Notes: a model not told the origin generated them from the letters alone. A stretch of DNA of 61,162 nt, filler included, from Deltaproteobacteria bacterium (GCA_016202395.1; 4 parts of 4 records of this genome joined end to end with filler, not necessarily neighbours in it); one strand, 5' to 3'. Positions 26,393 to 36,637 are shown, counted from the first letter of the whole stretch. Translations and numbers: made by a program.

Positions 26393-28441
26393 ATGATGAA
26401 GTTAATTCCTGAAAATCTCACCTTTTTGGGGAAGGTACTACTGGGGGTCCTGGTTTTTATGTTAGGGACCCCTCTTATTTTCGGGTCTAAGCTCTTTAAG
26501 CGAGATTTGGATAGGCCAGGTTTGCCCGTGGATTTCGTTTATAGGAATCTCAACCAAAGCATTAATGCTGCCGATTTACCCCATCCCTATACCGGATTCA
26601 CTCTTCAGAAGTATGATTTTGAGAAATATCCCGCGATGTTCAACAAATATTCCGCGATGTTCAACCCGGTCTTTCAGTATCACGAGGGGAGAGCTTACGT
26701 CGAAGCTTTAGCCGTGGACAGCGAGATCACGGAGGGTACCTCACAGCATGTTTATCGTATGCCAGCGATGTGGGAAGACCGCAGCCTTGTTGATGGTAAC
26801 GAGGAATGGGCCAATCTTCAATGTGTTACCTGTGGGGCCGATGGTGAGTCAACCCAGGGGACGAGGAATGCTCATCCGGACTACACGCCTGATGGTAATT
26901 ATGTCATTTTTGTTTCGAATCGTTACCGAGGGATTGGGATTAAAGATCTTATGTTTTCCTGTGGGGAACTTTATTTGGTAGGGACGGATGGCTCTAATCC
27001 AACTCGATTAACGAATACGACAGAAACCGGATTGGGATGTATTCGGGTTCCGGAGGTTCATCCGACATTTATCGATGGAGAGCCGACAGTCGGTTGGACT
27101 CAAGTCTCCCCCAATGGAGTGATGCGTCTGTTTTATACAAAGCTTGTGGATCGAGAAATGAGTCCTTCAGAGCCCTGTTTTTATGAAGAAGGGATGGCCA
27201 AATATTGTTTAAGCGCTGATGTTCGTGAATTGCGGATTGGGTATGAAGAGGAGACCGAATCACCGGAAGCGCTGGCTCGATCTCGAGCTTGGAAAGAGTG
27301 GCATCTTTACACGGCGGGTCCGGGTGGGAGGCCTGCTCTTGGGGATTGGTGGGGGGTCTCCACAACGTTGGACTCCATGTTGAATATCGATATGTTTTTT
27401 GTTTCATATCATCGACAGGAAGCCCGTCGAGTGACATACAATCGTGGAAATCAGGAGTGGTGTGTCTTGGACGATTCGGGGTTAGGGATGTTTTGTCAGG
27501 ATGGACCGGAAGAACAGGTGGCGCGAGTGATCCCTGAACCGCTCCCCTCCTTTCTTGATAGTTTCCTCATTGGCTTTGCACTGTTTTTCATCCAAATCCA
27601 TCGGACAGGGGATTGGACCTCGGATCTTGTATACCATGATTATTTGAAGCGTCAGAGTAAAATAGTGGGGGGGAAAGAGAAAGGGTATATGGTTTGGCCG
27701 GGGCAGTATGTAGGACTCACTCATTGTCAGATGTTTGGTCGAGTCCGGACGGGGTGGGCTAGTCCCGATCCGGGTGTGTGGAGCCTCGATGAAGGCTGTA
27801 TCGTTCTGGGGGGGGAACCCGAGTATACCTATACTCGCGAAGGGGTATTTCCTAAAGGGGAGGTTCCCGATGACGTGATTCCTCTCATCTTAACCCGAGA
27901 CGATTTTGAAATTTATCCCACAACAGAGGTTTCGATTCAGGAGATCGAAACGGATCCAGAACCACTTCGCCTGACCTTTAATGCGACTTCTTCGGGAAAG
28001 GGATCCCCTATTAATCAAGAGGGGACAATGGAAATTTTCTTGGATACTGAGCTTACCGAGACCGTGATTTATTCGGACAATTATGTGGAGTTCTACAAAT
28101 TCCCTTTTAAGGGATGCACTATTACCGGAAGAATCGATATGACTTATGAGACTAAGGACATAGAGATTTTGGGGTATACCCTTGCATCGATCCCCGATTT
28201 TAATCTGGACACCAGCGACTTAGAAGGGCATCTCGGGCAGCCGCTTCTATTTAATTGCGATGGGATTGAGAAAAAGGTGACGATGGATTGGAGCATTTAT
28301 CGAGGTCTCAAAACGACTTTGGAGATGCCCAGCACCACGCAGTACAAGACGCACTTACAATTACCTCTGTGTTATCTCATCGAAGCGGTTGCGGGAGTCA
28401 ATATTCCGGATATTCTTGAGCCACTTCTAGGATGTAAATAA
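26393..28441 (+). CDS. Secreted protein with a TolB/PD40-like propeller repeat (paralog 2)
   Basis: Collinear tandem duplicate of 24219-26324. Confidence 0.7.
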   Translation: MMKLIPENLTFLGKVLLGVLVFMLGTPLIFGSKLFKRDLDRPGLPVDFVYRNLNQSINAADLPHPYTGFTLQKYDFEKYPAMFNKYSAMFNPVFQYHEGRAYVEALAVDSEITEGTSQHVYRMPAMWEDRSLVDGNEEWANLQCVTCGADGESTQGTRNAHPDYTPDGNYVIFVSNRYRGIGIKDLMFSCGELYLVGTDGSNPTRLTNTTETGLGCIRVPEVHPTFIDGEPTVGWTQVSPNGVMRLFYTKLVDREMSPSEPCFYEEGMAKYCLSADVRELRIGYEEETESPEALARSRAWKEWHLYTAGPGGRPALGDWWGVSTTLDSMLNIDMFFVSYHRQEARRVTYNRGNQEWCVLDDSGLGMFCQDGPEEQVARVIPEPLPSFLDSFLIGFALFFIQIHRTGDWTSDLVYHDYLKRQSKIVGGKEKGYMVWPGQYVGLTHCQMFGRVRTGWASPDPGVWSLDEGCIVLGGEPEYTYTREGVFPKGEVPDDVIPLILTRDDFEIYPTTEVSIQEIETDPEPLRLTFNATSSGKGSPINQEGTMEIFLDTELTETVIYSDNYVEFYKFPFKGCTITGRIDMTYETKDIEILGYTLASIPDFNLDTSDLEGHLGQPLLFNCDGIEKKVTMDWSIYRGLKTTLEMPSTTQYKTHLQLPLCYLIEAVAGVNIPDILEPLLGCK

Positions 28442-28445
28442 TTCA

Positions 28446-29153
28446 CTAGAATAGGAGCTTGAACAAAATAAACAACACTGCAGTGAGCGCAAATCCGGCC
28501 GTGATGGCTCCCTTCACACTATCCAAAGGCTTCTTAGTGGGTCCCTGGGAACCGATCAAGGAATTCAGTTCTAGAGCGCCGATCACTACAGCTAAAAAGA
28601 AGGCTATTCCCCATTTGCAACCTTCGCTGGCATCATAAAATAGCGTGAAATGGCTTGCGGCCCCCATAAAGAAAAGCATCGGAATGGAAAAAACAAAATT
28701 GGTTCGTGAAGACAGGGCAGCTCGTCTTCCTGCAGCTGCGGCCGTGGGAAGGGCTTGGCCTCCTTGGGCGACTTGAGTCGTTGAAGCAATCACTATTTTT
28801 TGTTTAGGCCAGATGACGAGCCAAACATTGAGGAACATGAGAGTTCCGAGCAATCCCCCCGTTGTAATGGCCCAACCGTACGAGGTGTTGAAAAATCCAG
28901 AACCGCCCCCTAGCTGATGAAGCTTTGCCATGTACATAAGAATGCCGCTCAAGAAGGTGAACATCGCTCCCCAACGGAACCACCCTAGCGCATCTGGGAC
29001 GAGTTTTTGAATCATCCCGTTTTTAACCGGAGCCTCTGCTTTTGCGAAGAACGGGGTTTGGACGAGATTAAAATAGTAAAGCAATCCAATCCATGTAACC
29101 CCCGCTAAGAAATGAATCCACCTGAGTGTAAAAAGATAAGTTTCCATGGCCAA
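28446..29153 (-). CDS. Urate hydroxylase PuuD-family membrane protein
   Basis: RWIHFLAGVTWIGLLYYFN, WFRWGA, NVWLVIWPKQK and SRTN..SIPMLFFM..SH motifs. Confidence 0.82.
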   Translation of the reverse strand: MAMETYLFTLRWIHFLAGVTWIGLLYYFNLVQTPFFAKAEAPVKNGMIQKLVPDALGWFRWGAMFTFLSGILMYMAKLHQLGGGSGFFNTSYGWAITTGGLLGTLMFLNVWLVIWPKQKIVIASTTQVAQGGQALPTAAAAGRRAALSSRTNFVFSIPMLFFMGAASHFTLFYDASEGCKWGIAFFLAVVIGALELNSLIGSQGPTKKPLDSVKGAITAGFALTAVLFILFKLLF

Positions 29154-29166
29154 CTCCTTTCATTAG

Positions 29167-29292
29167 TGCAAATGCAATAAATGCCTTGATACTTCGTTGG
29201 CCTCCTTCGGCACTCGCTCAGCGTACGTTATCAAGTACGCTTCGCTCGGCCTCAGTTGGCCGCCTCGTCTCAAGTCATCTCTTGCATTTGCA
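29167..29292. repeat. Structured palindromic element (family D), copy 2
   Basis: tgcaaatgcaa / ttgcatttgca termini; interior shared with 19309-19435. Confidence 0.88.
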
Positions 29293-29318
29293 AGTGTGTT
29301 CGTTATTTAAACTTCAAA

Positions 29319-29404
29319 TGCCGAGGGGGGGAATCGAACCCCCACGGTCCTTGCGAACCTCAGGATTTTAAGTCCTGTGCGTCTGCCAATTCCGCCACCC
29401 CGGC
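29319..29404 (-). tRNA. tRNA-Leu(TAA)
   Basis: GCCGGGGTGGCGGAATTGGCAGACGCA-CAGGA-CTTAAAA-TCCTG, long variable arm, GGTTCGATTC; CCA not encoded. Confidence 0.96.
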
Positions 29405-29523
29405 TCCCAGTTGATAATATATCGAATTGTCTTTTTATATCAAGATAGGCCTTGTTCTGGTGTTCACTGGAATGTTTTTCCGTCACTCTCTCACGAAATT
29501 TTCGACCCCTCTAAGGCTCGGTC

Positions 29524-29623
29524 NNNNNNNNNNNNNNNNNNNNNNNNNNNNNNNNNNNNNNNNNNNNTTAATTAATTAANNNNNNNNNNNNNNNNNNNNN
29601 NNNNNNNNNNNNNNNNNNNNNNN
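29524..29623. other. Artificial contig linker
   Basis: N run containing TTAATTAATTAA (stop codons in all six frames). Confidence 0.97.
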
Positions 29624-29628
29624 GGCGG

Positions 29629-30519
29629 TTGCAGCTTTGTGACAAGGAGGGCCAAATTTATCAGGGGGCTGTCGTACTGTTCGGGAAGGAATTTTTACCG
29701 CACTACCCTCAATGTGAGCTGAGGATGGCCCGGTTTCGGGGTACGGACAAAACCGAATTTTTGGATCAGAAAAATGTTCGAGCTCCCGCCTTTAAACTTC
29801 TCGAAGAGGCTGAGATTTTTTGCCAACGACATTTTCCGCTCCCGGCCAAGATTGTTCCCACACAAATGCGTCGGGTGGAGAAGCCTCTCATCCCGCCCGA
29901 AGCAATGCGGGAAATTTTGGTCAATGCCCTGATTCACCGCGATTATTCTATTGTCGGAGGATCTGTTTCTTTGGCCATTTTTGATGACCGTGTTGAAGTG
30001 TGGAGCATCGGTGATTTTCCAAAGGGCATTACACCCGCAATGCTCAGCAAGAATCATCCCTCAGTATTGCGTAATCCGACCATCGCCGATCTTTTCCACC
30101 GGACCGGACTCATTGAAAAATGGGGTCGTGGCACAAATCGCGTGATTGAGATGTGCAAAGCCGCCGGCGTCAAACCTCCGAAGTTTGAAGAAATTGCAAA
30201 TGCAGCCGTCGTCACTTTTTATGTCAATGTCGGTGTGACAAGGCTCCCCGCCGCGGATTCGACCGCACAAGTCAGTGAGCAAGTCAGTGAGCAAGTCGGT
30301 GAGCAAGTTTTGCGTCTTCTCGATTATTGCGGTACGCCTCGCACCAAACACGACATTCTCGAATTTCTTGGTTTGGCGGCGGTTTATCTGAACTATAAGC
30401 GGCACATTTATCCGCTTCTGAAGAAAGGCTTGCTTGAACTTACCATCCCCGACAAGCCCCAAAGCCGATTGCAGAAATATCGGGTCACTGAGAAGGGACG
30501 GGGACTTTTGGCGAGATGA
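29629..30519 (+). CDS. RecG-C/HATPase_c_4 + HTH protein (AlbA/Schlafen-associated type), 5'-partial
   Basis: REILVNALIHRDY, RNP.IA, EKWGRG and PDKPQSRLQKYR motifs; 12-bp repeat at 30268-30308 encodes SEQV-like units. Confidence 0.82.
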   Translation: MQLCDKEGQIYQGAVVLFGKEFLPHYPQCELRMARFRGTDKTEFLDQKNVRAPAFKLLEEAEIFCQRHFPLPAKIVPTQMRRVEKPLIPPEAMREILVNALIHRDYSIVGGSVSLAIFDDRVEVWSIGDFPKGITPAMLSKNHPSVLRNPTIADLFHRTGLIEKWGRGTNRVIEMCKAAGVKPPKFEEIANAAVVTFYVNVGVTRLPAADSTAQVSEQVSEQVGEQVLRLLDYCGTPRTKHDILEFLGLAAVYLNYKRHIYPLLKKGLLELTIPDKPQSRLQKYRVTEKGRGLLAR

Positions 30520-30532
30520 ACTTGAGGATGTA

Positions 30533-30934
30533 ATGGCGAAAGCGAAAGCAAAAACCAGGAGAAAAACTCAACTGAACAATTTGGTCCGGTCTATTGGAAA
30601 AATCATTGCAGGACGAGATGGATTAGCGCGCCAGGCTGAGGAGCAATACACAGTTGAAGTCGAAAATATTCTGCTCACCCAAAGTCGCGATGCACGTCGG
30701 ATCCAAGAGTTGTTGGACGGTATTCTCGATTTTTGCTTCGACCCAAGCCTGCTTGGCTTATACAAAAAACTCTGCCGTTATTACTACAACATCGATCCTG
30801 TCGCGACCGCTTCCTATGTGTACGCCTACCGCGACATGTGGGAGGACGGGGATTTAAAGAAGAGCATGACCGCGGCTTCGCCCGCCGGAATCGCAACAAG
30901 GGTGGGAAGAAAGAGGACGGGTGGGAAGAAATGA
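30533..30934 (+). CDS. Conserved hypothetical protein
   Basis: LDGILDFC..LYKKLCRYYYNIDP.ATASYVYAYRDMW; RBS GAGGA. Confidence 0.7.
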   Translation: MAKAKAKTRRKTQLNNLVRSIGKIIAGRDGLARQAEEQYTVEVENILLTQSRDARRIQELLDGILDFCFDPSLLGLYKKLCRYYYNIDPVATASYVYAYRDMWEDGDLKKSMTAASPAGIATRVGRKRTGGKK

Positions 30935-30975
30935 AACGGTGATTAACAAGACCTCTGGGAGAAGTAGCTGAGGTC
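30931..30975 (+). pseudogene. Remnant N-terminus resembling type I RM specificity subunit HsdS
   Basis: ATGA-coupled start reading MKR*LTRPLGEVAEV; TGA sits where HsdS has W in W..x.LGEV. Confidence 0.45.
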
Positions 30976-31045
30976 ACGAATTCACTTCTACACCGGCCGT
31001 TTCAGGGGGAGTTGTGAAAAACATCATTCTCCAACCTTTACACCT

Positions 31046-33328
31046 ATGCAGAACACACTAAGCATTCGTATCAAATACAGGCCCATCAAAATCGGATGGT
31101 GTGTCCATGAAGGCAATTTTCAGGGACTTGATGAAGCGATGCGCCTCAGTCATACCCTTTGGGGAGGTAGGCATAATCCCATCATACCCATTAACGATCC
31201 CAATTATGCTCGCAAGCTCATTAATACGTTCCGTGTAGATGCTCTGTACCCAGTAAGCAGCGATCCTGAAATGGAGAAGTTCATCGGACAATTCCCCCAT
31301 TTGCCTTGGCCCTTATTCCATAAGGAATTATTTATTGATGGCAAAATCAACACCGTATTGGATGTGCAACATCCGTTAAGGTTCATTTACGAACAGCGTC
31401 AGAAAAACCTTCCAGTTCTTCGTGTGGCTCCTTCCTTGTTCCAATGGGATCAAGATGATCCTTTATCGAGAATCTTCTTGGCCACTATGGGGGCATATCC
31501 TCCTCAGGAGGAGACGGGACATCAGTACGAATCAATGTTTGAGAACTATCTTAACCCCGTGAACCTCACTCTCAGTAAACAGAACCCCGTCCCCGACGAT
31601 CTTCATGAAAGGTTTTTCCCCAACACACTGACCGAGGCTCTCTTGCATAGAGATTGCAATCCTAACGGAGAGAAAGCAGGCTTTTACTATGGGGACACAA
31701 ATAATTTTGAAGATGTGATTAATTTCTGGAACTTGCGTGCCTCTGACATTGATTTGTTTTTTTATGACCCAAGCCATGCACAACGTCTGGATGGTCTAAA
31801 AGACAACTACACCAAAGCTCTTTTGGCGCAGCCATCACGGTTTGGTGATGCAACTAAATGGGTTAATGTCTGGGGGAAGAATCATGAGGTGCTGAAGGAC
31901 ATTCCTGCTTTTGGATCAAATGGGATGAGGTGTGCAGTTGATTCAAGGCAGGGGGACGGCGGAATTTGGAATGGTCTAAACATTAAGCCTCCGGTAATGC
32001 ATTTTGATTCTCAATCATGCTTAGCAACCGTCTCAGAAAATCAAGATCAGCCCGTTGTGTCCTTTGAGTTTCCTGACAAACCATTTTTACAGGACGGTCG
32101 CCTCGCTCACCAACACGCAATCGCCTCCCTTTGGCCGATCACTGACATATCCAATGGGGGAGATTGGACATTACAGGTCCCATACATTCCGGAGTTGAAT
32201 GAATACTTCGGACGCGAATGTCACTTCCAATGGAACGGCGCAAGAGCTGAGAGGGAAGGATTGGGGGTTGTGGTTGGAATCAATCACGACATTATGACCT
32301 TGAAGGCTCTGCGCTGTAGAGAAGTCATCTCAAAAATGTTTGAGGCCTTTGGAATAAAATCCAAGCCCAGTCCAGCAGGATTGATTTGCAACCGACTCAT
32401 ACAACAAATGCACGGGCTTCAAGGTTGTCGGGTCTTTAAGATCAGCGGAGTACGTGAACTGATTGAAGAATATGGACCTGATAAGTCCTTTACTCGAAGC
32501 GGGGCAATCGAAGCCATACGTCAGAAAGATCCGCAGACCAAAGTAGTGGCATTTTCCAAGTTTGAAAACTTGTTCATAGAACCTCGTGAAACTCAAAAAA
32601 TATCTCCCGAAGATGCACTGAAATATCTTGTGAAAAATGGAGTATTCAGGGTCGGTTTGGAACTCGAATGCAAAAGTTGTGAGCTCACATTCTGGAAGCA
32701 TCTTGATGATGTTAAAACTGTTCTGAACTGCGAGTACTGTGGCAATGAATTCAATATTACTCCTCAGCTCCGTGACCGGGATTGGGCATATCGAAGATCA
32801 GGGTTGTTCGGCCGGGATGATAATCAATTTGGTAGCATCCCTGTCATTCTCACCTTGCAACAGTTGGATACTCATATGGACCCGGCCATTTATGCCACTT
32901 CAATGGAGATCGAACCAAAGACGGCTTCCATCGACAAATGTGAAACTGACTTTGTTTTGCTCACGAAGGCATATGAACCACGAGTGCAAATTGTAATCGG
33001 CGAATGTAAAACGAGAAAAGAGATTGCTGAGCAAGATGTCTCTAATCTAACCAAGGTAGCCGATGCCTTCCCAAGAGAAAGATTTGAGGTTTTCATTCTG
33101 TTCTCAAAGCTGGATGGTTTCTCGGACGAAGAGGTTGAAAGATGCAAGAAGGCTCAAGACCCATATAGGAAGCGTGTCATTATGCTCACCGACAGGGAGC
33201 TTGAACCATACTTCATCTATGAAAGGACGGAGAAGGAATTTGCCATAGACAAACATGCTATCTCTTTGGGCGATCTTGCCAAAAATACCGTGGATATATT
33301 TTTCACCCCGAAGCCAATTCCCTCATAA
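31046..33328 (+). CDS. 760-aa hypothetical protein with Zn ribbon and C-terminal PD-(D/E)xK-like nuclease
   Basis: CKSC..CEYC; ETDFVLL..IVIGECKT. Confidence 0.65.
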   Translation: MQNTLSIRIKYRPIKIGWCVHEGNFQGLDEAMRLSHTLWGGRHNPIIPINDPNYARKLINTFRVDALYPVSSDPEMEKFIGQFPHLPWPLFHKELFIDGKINTVLDVQHPLRFIYEQRQKNLPVLRVAPSLFQWDQDDPLSRIFLATMGAYPPQEETGHQYESMFENYLNPVNLTLSKQNPVPDDLHERFFPNTLTEALLHRDCNPNGEKAGFYYGDTNNFEDVINFWNLRASDIDLFFYDPSHAQRLDGLKDNYTKALLAQPSRFGDATKWVNVWGKNHEVLKDIPAFGSNGMRCAVDSRQGDGGIWNGLNIKPPVMHFDSQSCLATVSENQDQPVVSFEFPDKPFLQDGRLAHQHAIASLWPITDISNGGDWTLQVPYIPELNEYFGRECHFQWNGARAEREGLGVVVGINHDIMTLKALRCREVISKMFEAFGIKSKPSPAGLICNRLIQQMHGLQGCRVFKISGVRELIEEYGPDKSFTRSGAIEAIRQKDPQTKVVAFSKFENLFIEPRETQKISPEDALKYLVKNGVFRVGLELECKSCELTFWKHLDDVKTVLNCEYCGNEFNITPQLRDRDWAYRRSGLFGRDDNQFGSIPVILTLQQLDTHMDPAIYATSMEIEPKTASIDKCETDFVLLTKAYEPRVQIVIGECKTRKEIAEQDVSNLTKVADAFPRERFEVFILFSKLDGFSDEEVERCKKAQDPYRKRVIMLTDRELEPYFIYERTEKEFAIDKHAISLGDLAKNTVDIFFTPKPIPS

Positions 33329-33382
33329 ATAAATAGGGGAATATATTGCATCTTCATTGCACCAAAAAATTGATTGAGCTGC

Positions 33383-33686
33383 TTAGAGAAGTTTGAGGCC
33401 GGAGACACGAGTAAAATTTTAAAATCAGAGTCTCGTGTTATCAGGGGGAGCTGGTGATCGAGACACAGTTGGGCAATTAAGGTGTCTGCCAGCCGAGCTT
33501 TTTTGCGCAGAGAAAGCACCGATCTTCTCTCAGTTTCTTAAGATCAATGGAAAACTTTACTTTGCCTCTCCATTGCCTCAACCTTTCGTAGGCCCGGCTC
33601 GCCGCCACGAGTTCAAGCCCTTGTCGAATCGTCGAGGTAATTCCATGGCCCGTCGATTGGAGGGCTTTTTCGAGTGTAAATACCAT
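33383..33686 (-). pseudogene. Degraded vapBC-type TA pair (antitoxin fused to a PIN C-terminal fragment)
   Basis: ..AYERLRQWRGKVKFSIDLKKLREDR joined out of frame to KARLADTLIAQLCLDHQLPLITRDSDF; further frameshift before ..SGLKLL*. Confidence 0.75.
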
Positions 33687-33720
33687 AAGTCAATATGGGA
33701 ACTCACTTATGAGGCCGGTT

Positions 33721-34209
33721 CTAAATCTCGTCGATTCTCACTTCGAGGATTTCGTATTCGATGAGGCGAGCGGGAGTGGTCACTTCTACGGAATCTCCAG
33801 CCTTTCGTCCCACCAAGGCCCGGCCGACAGGGGATTGGACGGAGATCTTCCCGTTTTTAAGGTCGGATTCTTCCTGACCCACCAGTGTGTACTGCCTCTT
33901 TTCTTTGGACTCGAGGTCCAGGAGAATGACGGTGGCTCCAAAGGTCACTTTTTCGGCGGACAGCTGGGAGGCCTCAATAATCTGGGCGTTGGCAATCTTG
34001 TGTTCTAGATCTCGGATGCGAGCTTCAATGAAGCCTTGGCGATCTTTAGCGGCATCGTACTCCGCATTTTCACTCAAGTCGCCGTGGGAACGCGCTTCCG
34101 CGATATCTTGAATCACTTTAGGGCGCTCCACTTTTTTGAGCCTCTCCAACTCCACTCGGAGCGCATCGAGCCCTTTTTTTGTCATTGGGATCGGCATGGT
34201 CTTAGGCAA
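33721..34209 (-). CDS. greA: Transcription elongation factor GreA
   Basis: [17 protein letters not shown] and [11 protein letters not shown] motifs. Confidence 0.97.
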   Translation of the reverse strand: MPKTMPIPMTKKGLDALRVELERLKKVERPKVIQDIAEARSHGDLSENAEYDAAKDRQGFIEARIRDLEHKIANAQIIEASQLSAEKVTFGATVILLDLESKEKRQYTLVGQEESDLKNGKISVQSPVGRALVGRKAGDSVEVTTPARLIEYEILEVRIDEI

Positions 34210-36283
34210 TCCATGGAGCGATAATCAGAGAGATCACCGCAATCAATTTAATTAGAATATTTAAACTCGGGCCGCTGGTGTCTTTTAAAGGATCTCCCAC
34301 GGTATCCCCCACAACGGCCGCTTTGTGGGCATCGGTCCCTTTCTTGTAAGTGACGCCGTTGATTTCGATCCCACCTTCAATCCGTTTCTTGGCATTATCC
34401 CAAGCTCCACCCGCATTGGCCTGAAAGATAGCCATCAGAACACCAGAGGCGGTTACTCCAGCAAGCAATCCTCCTAACATGTTTTTCGAAATGAAGCCAA
34501 TCACTACCGGTGTGGTAACGGCGAGCAATCCTGGCAGGATCATTCGGCGAATCGCGGCTCGAGTGGAGATGTCGACGCAGCGGGCATAGTCGGCTCGAGC
34601 CTTCCCTTCGCGCAGCCCCGCGATTTCGCGAAACTGTCGCCCCACCTCTTGAACCATCTCGCCGGCCGCTCGACCCACCGCCCCCATCGCCAGCGCGCTA
34701 AAGACAAAGGGGAGGGCAGCCCCCAGCAACAATCCGGCCATCACCACCGGATCGGCAATATTAATCGATCTCAAGTGCGCCTGTTGCATAAAGGCGGCAA
34801 ACAGGGCGAGCGCCGTCAAAGCGGCGCTCCCAATGGCAAACCCTTTTCCAATCGCTGCCGTGGTGTTTCCCACCGCGTCGAGTTTGTCCGTTCTCTCACG
34901 AACCTCTGGAGGGAGCTGCGCCATCTGGGCAATCCCGCCGGAGTTGTCTGAGATGGGGCCGTAGGCATCGACCGCCAACTGAATTCCGGTGACCGACAGC
35001 ATTCCTAAAGCGGCAATCCCAATTCCATAGAGACCGGCAAAGTGGTGGGCTCCGATGATCCCGATCGACAAAACGATCACAGGGAGGCCGGTGGAGAGCA
35101 TCCCCACGCCGAGGCCTTCGATGATATTGGTGGCAGGCCCTGTCACACTCTGCTCCGCGATTCGAAGTGTGGGTTTGTTATGAATGGAGGTGTAGTATTC
35201 AGTGATCAGTCCAATAAAGATCCCTGCGGCAAGTCCAATGATCACCGCAAGATAGACGCCGTAATCGGTGTATTGAACTCTCCCTATTCTCCATTCATCG
35301 GGGAGCATCCCCACGATAATAAAATAGGAGAGGATCGCCATGAGGATGGAGGCGCCAAAGACTCCAATGTTGAGGGCCTTCTGAGGGTTTCCGCCTTCTT
35401 TTACTTTAACAAAGAAGGATCCTGCAATCGAAACCAGAATTCCCACACCGGCCAAAACGAAAGGGAGGAGGATCGCGGAAAGAGGGTCGGCATCGGGGAT
35501 TCTTCGGAAAACAGGGATAAAACTCACCCCCAAAACAAGGGTTCCCACGATAGCTCCCACGTAGCTTTCGAAAAGGTCGGCCCCCATTCCAGCCACATCT
35601 CCAACGTTGTCTCCGACATTGTCGGCAATCGTTGCAGGATTTCGAGGGTCGTCTTCAGGGATTCCTTCGTAAACTTTTCCAGCAAGATCGGCCCCCACAT
35701 CGGCCGCTTTGGTGTAGATGCCTCCTCCCACGCGGGCGAAGAGGGCAATGGAGGAGGCGCCCAGAGAGAATCCAGAGATGACGTTGACCACCTTTGCGGG
35801 ACTCCAGCCGAAGGCGTTGTAAAGAAGGAAGAGGAGACCCAAGCCTAAGAGGCCGAGTCCCACGACGCAAAGTCCCATCACCAATCCTCCAGAGAAAGCG
35901 ACGTTTAAAGCCTGGGACAATCCGGTTCTAGCCGCCTCTGTAGTTCGGACGTTGGCTTGGGTGGCCACCCGCATCCCAAAGAATCCAGCTGCTGCGGAAC
36001 AAAGGGCTCCCAAGGCGAAACTGAAGGCGATCATCGAAGAAGAATCGCGTTGCCCACTATTGGCAAGGGCTAGAAGGAGCGCCACCGCCACGACGAAGAT
36101 TGCCAGAACCCGATACTCTCTTTTGAGAAAGGCCAAAGCCCCCTCACGGATGGCATTGGCGATCTCCACCATGCGAGGGGTGCCAGAGGGTTGCCTCACA
36201 ATCCATTGGGTTCGGGTGTAAGCGTAGGCAAGCGCAATGGCCCCTGCTAGCGGAATCAGATACGTTATCCATGGAACATTCAT
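34202..36283 (-). CDS. hppA: K+-stimulated membrane pyrophosphatase, probably Na+-translocating
   Basis: [36 protein letters not shown] and [10 protein letters not shown] motifs. Confidence 0.95.
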   Translation of the reverse strand: MNVPWITYLIPLAGAIALAYAYTRTQWIVRQPSGTPRMVEIANAIREGALAFLKREYRVLAIFVVAVALLLALANSGQRDSSSMIAFSFALGALCSAAAGFFGMRVATQANVRTTEAARTGLSQALNVAFSGGLVMGLCVVGLGLLGLGLLFLLYNAFGWSPAKVVNVISGFSLGASSIALFARVGGGIYTKAADVGADLAGKVYEGIPEDDPRNPATIADNVGDNVGDVAGMGADLFESYVGAIVGTLVLGVSFIPVFRRIPDADPLSAILLPFVLAGVGILVSIAGSFFVKVKEGGNPQKALNIGVFGASILMAILSYFIIVGMLPDEWRIGRVQYTDYGVYLAVIIGLAAGIFIGLITEYYTSIHNKPTLRIAEQSVTGPATNIIEGLGVGMLSTGLPVIVLSIGIIGAHHFAGLYGIGIAALGMLSVTGIQLAVDAYGPISDNSGGIAQMAQLPPEVRERTDKLDAVGNTTAAIGKGFAIGSAALTALALFAAFMQQAHLRSINIADPVVMAGLLLGAALPFVFSALAMGAVGRAAGEMVQEVGRQFREIAGLREGKARADYARCVDISTRAAIRRMILPGLLAVTTPVVIGFISKNMLGGLLAGVTASGVLMAIFQANAGGAWDNAKKRIEGGIEINGVTYKKGTDAHKAAVVGDTVGDPLKDTSGPSLNILIKLIAVISLIIAPWIA

Positions 36284-36345
36284 TTATTGCCTCCCCTTTT
36301 AAACGGGAAGGAGTATAGCGAGATTTTTTTGCAAGGGTCAAGAGC

Positions 36346-36555
36346 CCCCAGTTTAGAGAGGTAGGTCTCTGAACTCGCTAGTGTAGTGTCCCATTAATCT
36401 CTTTACAGGCCGTTCGTGGTGAGCATGTCGAACCATGAACGGAACCCCTTGATATATTTCACCCTTCGACAGGCTCAGGGTGAACGGGATATGTAGAGAA
36501 GTGTTGGTTACACTACACTAGCGAGTTCAGAACCTACCTCCCTTAAAAACTGGGG
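36346..36555. mobile_element. MITE (family C) with a nested CTTCGACAGGCTCAG-type REP doublet
   Basis: About 43-bp imperfect TIRs including tctgaactcgctagtgtagtg / cactacactagcgagttcaga; hairpins at 36410-36442 and 36458-36484. Confidence 0.8.
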
Positions 36556-36637
36556 ATGGGCAAACGTCTAGTTTCGTGACTTAGGAGAGTTTGTGATATA
36601 ATGTTGCCAATCTGTCACTTACAACAAGGAGTCCAAA

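Noticed and set aside
24219-28441. Diversity-generating retroelement template/variable repeat pair
   Set aside because: Both copies are full ORFs, the differences are not visibly adenine-specific, and there is no reverse transcriptase in the window.
29524-29623. TTAATTAATTAA palindrome within N runs (also 52068-52167 and 57697-57796)
   Set aside because: Identical 100-nt artificial contig linker; not biological, so tRNA-Leu cannot be claimed as the island's integration site.
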